Shown here piece after piece: positions 62,746-64,000 of a stretch of 64,000 nt of DNA. This DNA comes from Rozella allomycis CSF55 (taxonomy: Eukaryota), in contig KE561209.1 of the NCBI GenBank assembly GCA_000442015.1, forward strand, positions 62,001 through 126,000, in the 5' to 3' direction. Position numbers and translations under genes: made by a program. Within the stretch, counting starts at the first letter, position 1. Each line of letters opens with the position of its first letter. The notes below the pieces were generated by a model, which saw only the letters and a program-made list of their open reading frames with translations, was not told the DNA's origin and ran no database searches.

Positions 62746-64000
62746 TTATTGTTTTTTGGCTTTTGGTTTTTTCCAAACGACATCAAAGATGATGAGAAGA
62801 ATTGGAACAATGTGACCAATGAAATACAAATCTGAATAAACCGAATAAAATTTAGAAAAAGAAAGTCTCTCAAATGCAATAAAACTGTAACAAAGTCCAA
62901 ATTTAGCCCAAAAGAATCCAACAACTTTGTTTAATGCTTTTGGAGTTTTGCCGCTGAGACGACGAATCCAACGCTGCTCAGCTTCCATCATGAAGAATTC
63001 CAAAGAAAAACAAAAGAAATAACCAGGATGAAACCCATGCCAAAGAGCTAAAAATAAAAGTGAAATAATTGATGAAAGTTGTTTTGATCCTAAAAACTTT
63101 AAACGCTTAAATATGTATGTTTTTATCCACAGATTAGTATTAATATTAAAAGATGCGATTATATCACCCAAACTGGTTGCAGAATTGAACAAGACGTGAT
63201 CAATATTGGTTAGCAGAGAGAAATCTGCATTCCCATGTGCATCAAACCCTTTAAATGAAATCCCGCTAGCGATACATGAAGATTCACTCAGAAGCCAAAT
63301 AAAAATGTACTTAGCTATAGTAAATTGGCCAGCAATCACAATGTAAACAACTCTCCAATAAAATGGAAACATTGAAAATTCTTTCGTGTTAAGACTCTCC
63401 ATTGGAAATTTTGATTGACCTAATTGATTAATGATCAGATAAAATATTGCCACAACAAATTTCTTCATTGCTGGTATTGTTGTATTCACTTCAATCCTTT
63501 TCCCGTCTTTGACAAAAATTCTCCCAGACATGTATCTATTGTACAGTGAATATGAATATTGAGGCCCAACAAGAAACCCAAAAAATGAATAAAAATATGC
63601 CAGAGTATCAATCAATGATGGTGCTTTGTCTAACTTGTTTTCATTTCCAGCATGCTTTGTTGCACCGTCAGAAACATCAAATACAAATCCTATTAAGCGC
63701 AAAGCAAGTACAGATTGCGCAGTAGTAAAATTAATATCATAATCATCTGTACTGTACTGATAATAACACCAAAATAAATGGCACATAACAATCATTATAC
63801 ATGCCCAAGGAGTGTTTTTTGAACGTCCAAACATTTTAACCATCAAATATACAAAAACAATGGAGATAAGGGAATGCATTGTTTCAATGCCGTAATTGAA
63901 ATAAGCAATTGCAAGACCAAATGATAGAATAAATGCTCTCAATCCGCTCTGTGAATACTGTCGATCCAATAGTGTCTTCTTGTAAATAAGCCCAACAAAA
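62746..64000 (-). CDS. LPCAT3: MBOAT lysophospholipid acyltransferase, LPCAT3-like (5' end outside window)
   Basis: FGFLVGPQY, FNINTNLWIKTYIFKRLKFLG, FLALWHGFHPGY, KxKxx ER motif. Confidence 0.88.
   Translation of the reverse strand, partial: FVGLIYKKTLLDRQYSQSGLRAFILSFGLAIAYFNYGIETMHSLISIVFVYLMVKMFGRSKNTPWACIMIVMCHLFWCYYQYSTDDYDINFTTAQSVLALRLIGFVFDVSDGATKHAGNENKLDKAPSLIDTLAYFYSFFGFLVGPQYSYSLYNRYMSGRIFVKDGKRIEVNTTIPAMKKFVVAIFYLIINQLGQSKFPMESLNTKEFSMFPFYWRVVYIVIAGQFTIAKYIFIWLLSESSCIASGISFKGFDAHGNADFSLLTNIDHVLFNSATSLGDIIASFNINTNLWIKTYIFKRLKFLGSKQLSSIISLLFLALWHGFHPGYFFCFSLEFFMMEAEQRWIRRLSGKTPKALNKVVGFFWAKFGLCYSFIAFERLSFSKFYSVYSDLYFIGHIVPILLIIFDVVWKKPKAKKQ

Overview
Eukaryotic nuclear DNA: AT-rich and very gene-dense, with about 80 inferable spliceosomal introns, nearly all 26-32 nt. 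The gene content suggests an early-diverging flagellated fungus or fungal relative (Rozella-like; inference). About 27 genes or gene fragments are present. They include a LIV-1-type ZIP transporter, ODF3/SHIPPO-repeat protein, FMP27/BLTP2, Rab28, a PX-AGC kinase, beta-tubulin, an orphan glycosyltransferase next to POMGNT2, a degenerate mitochondrial carrier, RRN3, PLAC8, DNA-PKcs, a carboxylesterase, a YGR210C-type GTPase, a GATA factor, EPL1, ATG4, partial ORC3, hexokinase and an LPCAT3-like MBOAT. Accessory islands carry candidate effectors (secreted ankyrin protein, Gly-zipper/beta-trefoil protein, Crinkler-like NTPase), pseudogenes and LTR-like fragments. The main observation is that 3' splice sites appear to be chosen by distance from the donor: nearer AGs at 25 nt or less are repeatedly skipped, and three introns (ATG4, carrier, GATA) appear to end in non-canonical TG at 26-28 nt. 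A second observation is a set of kb-scale GC-skew domains that ignore transcription direction. All calls come from reading motifs by eye; no searches were run. Many single Ns mark assembly joins.
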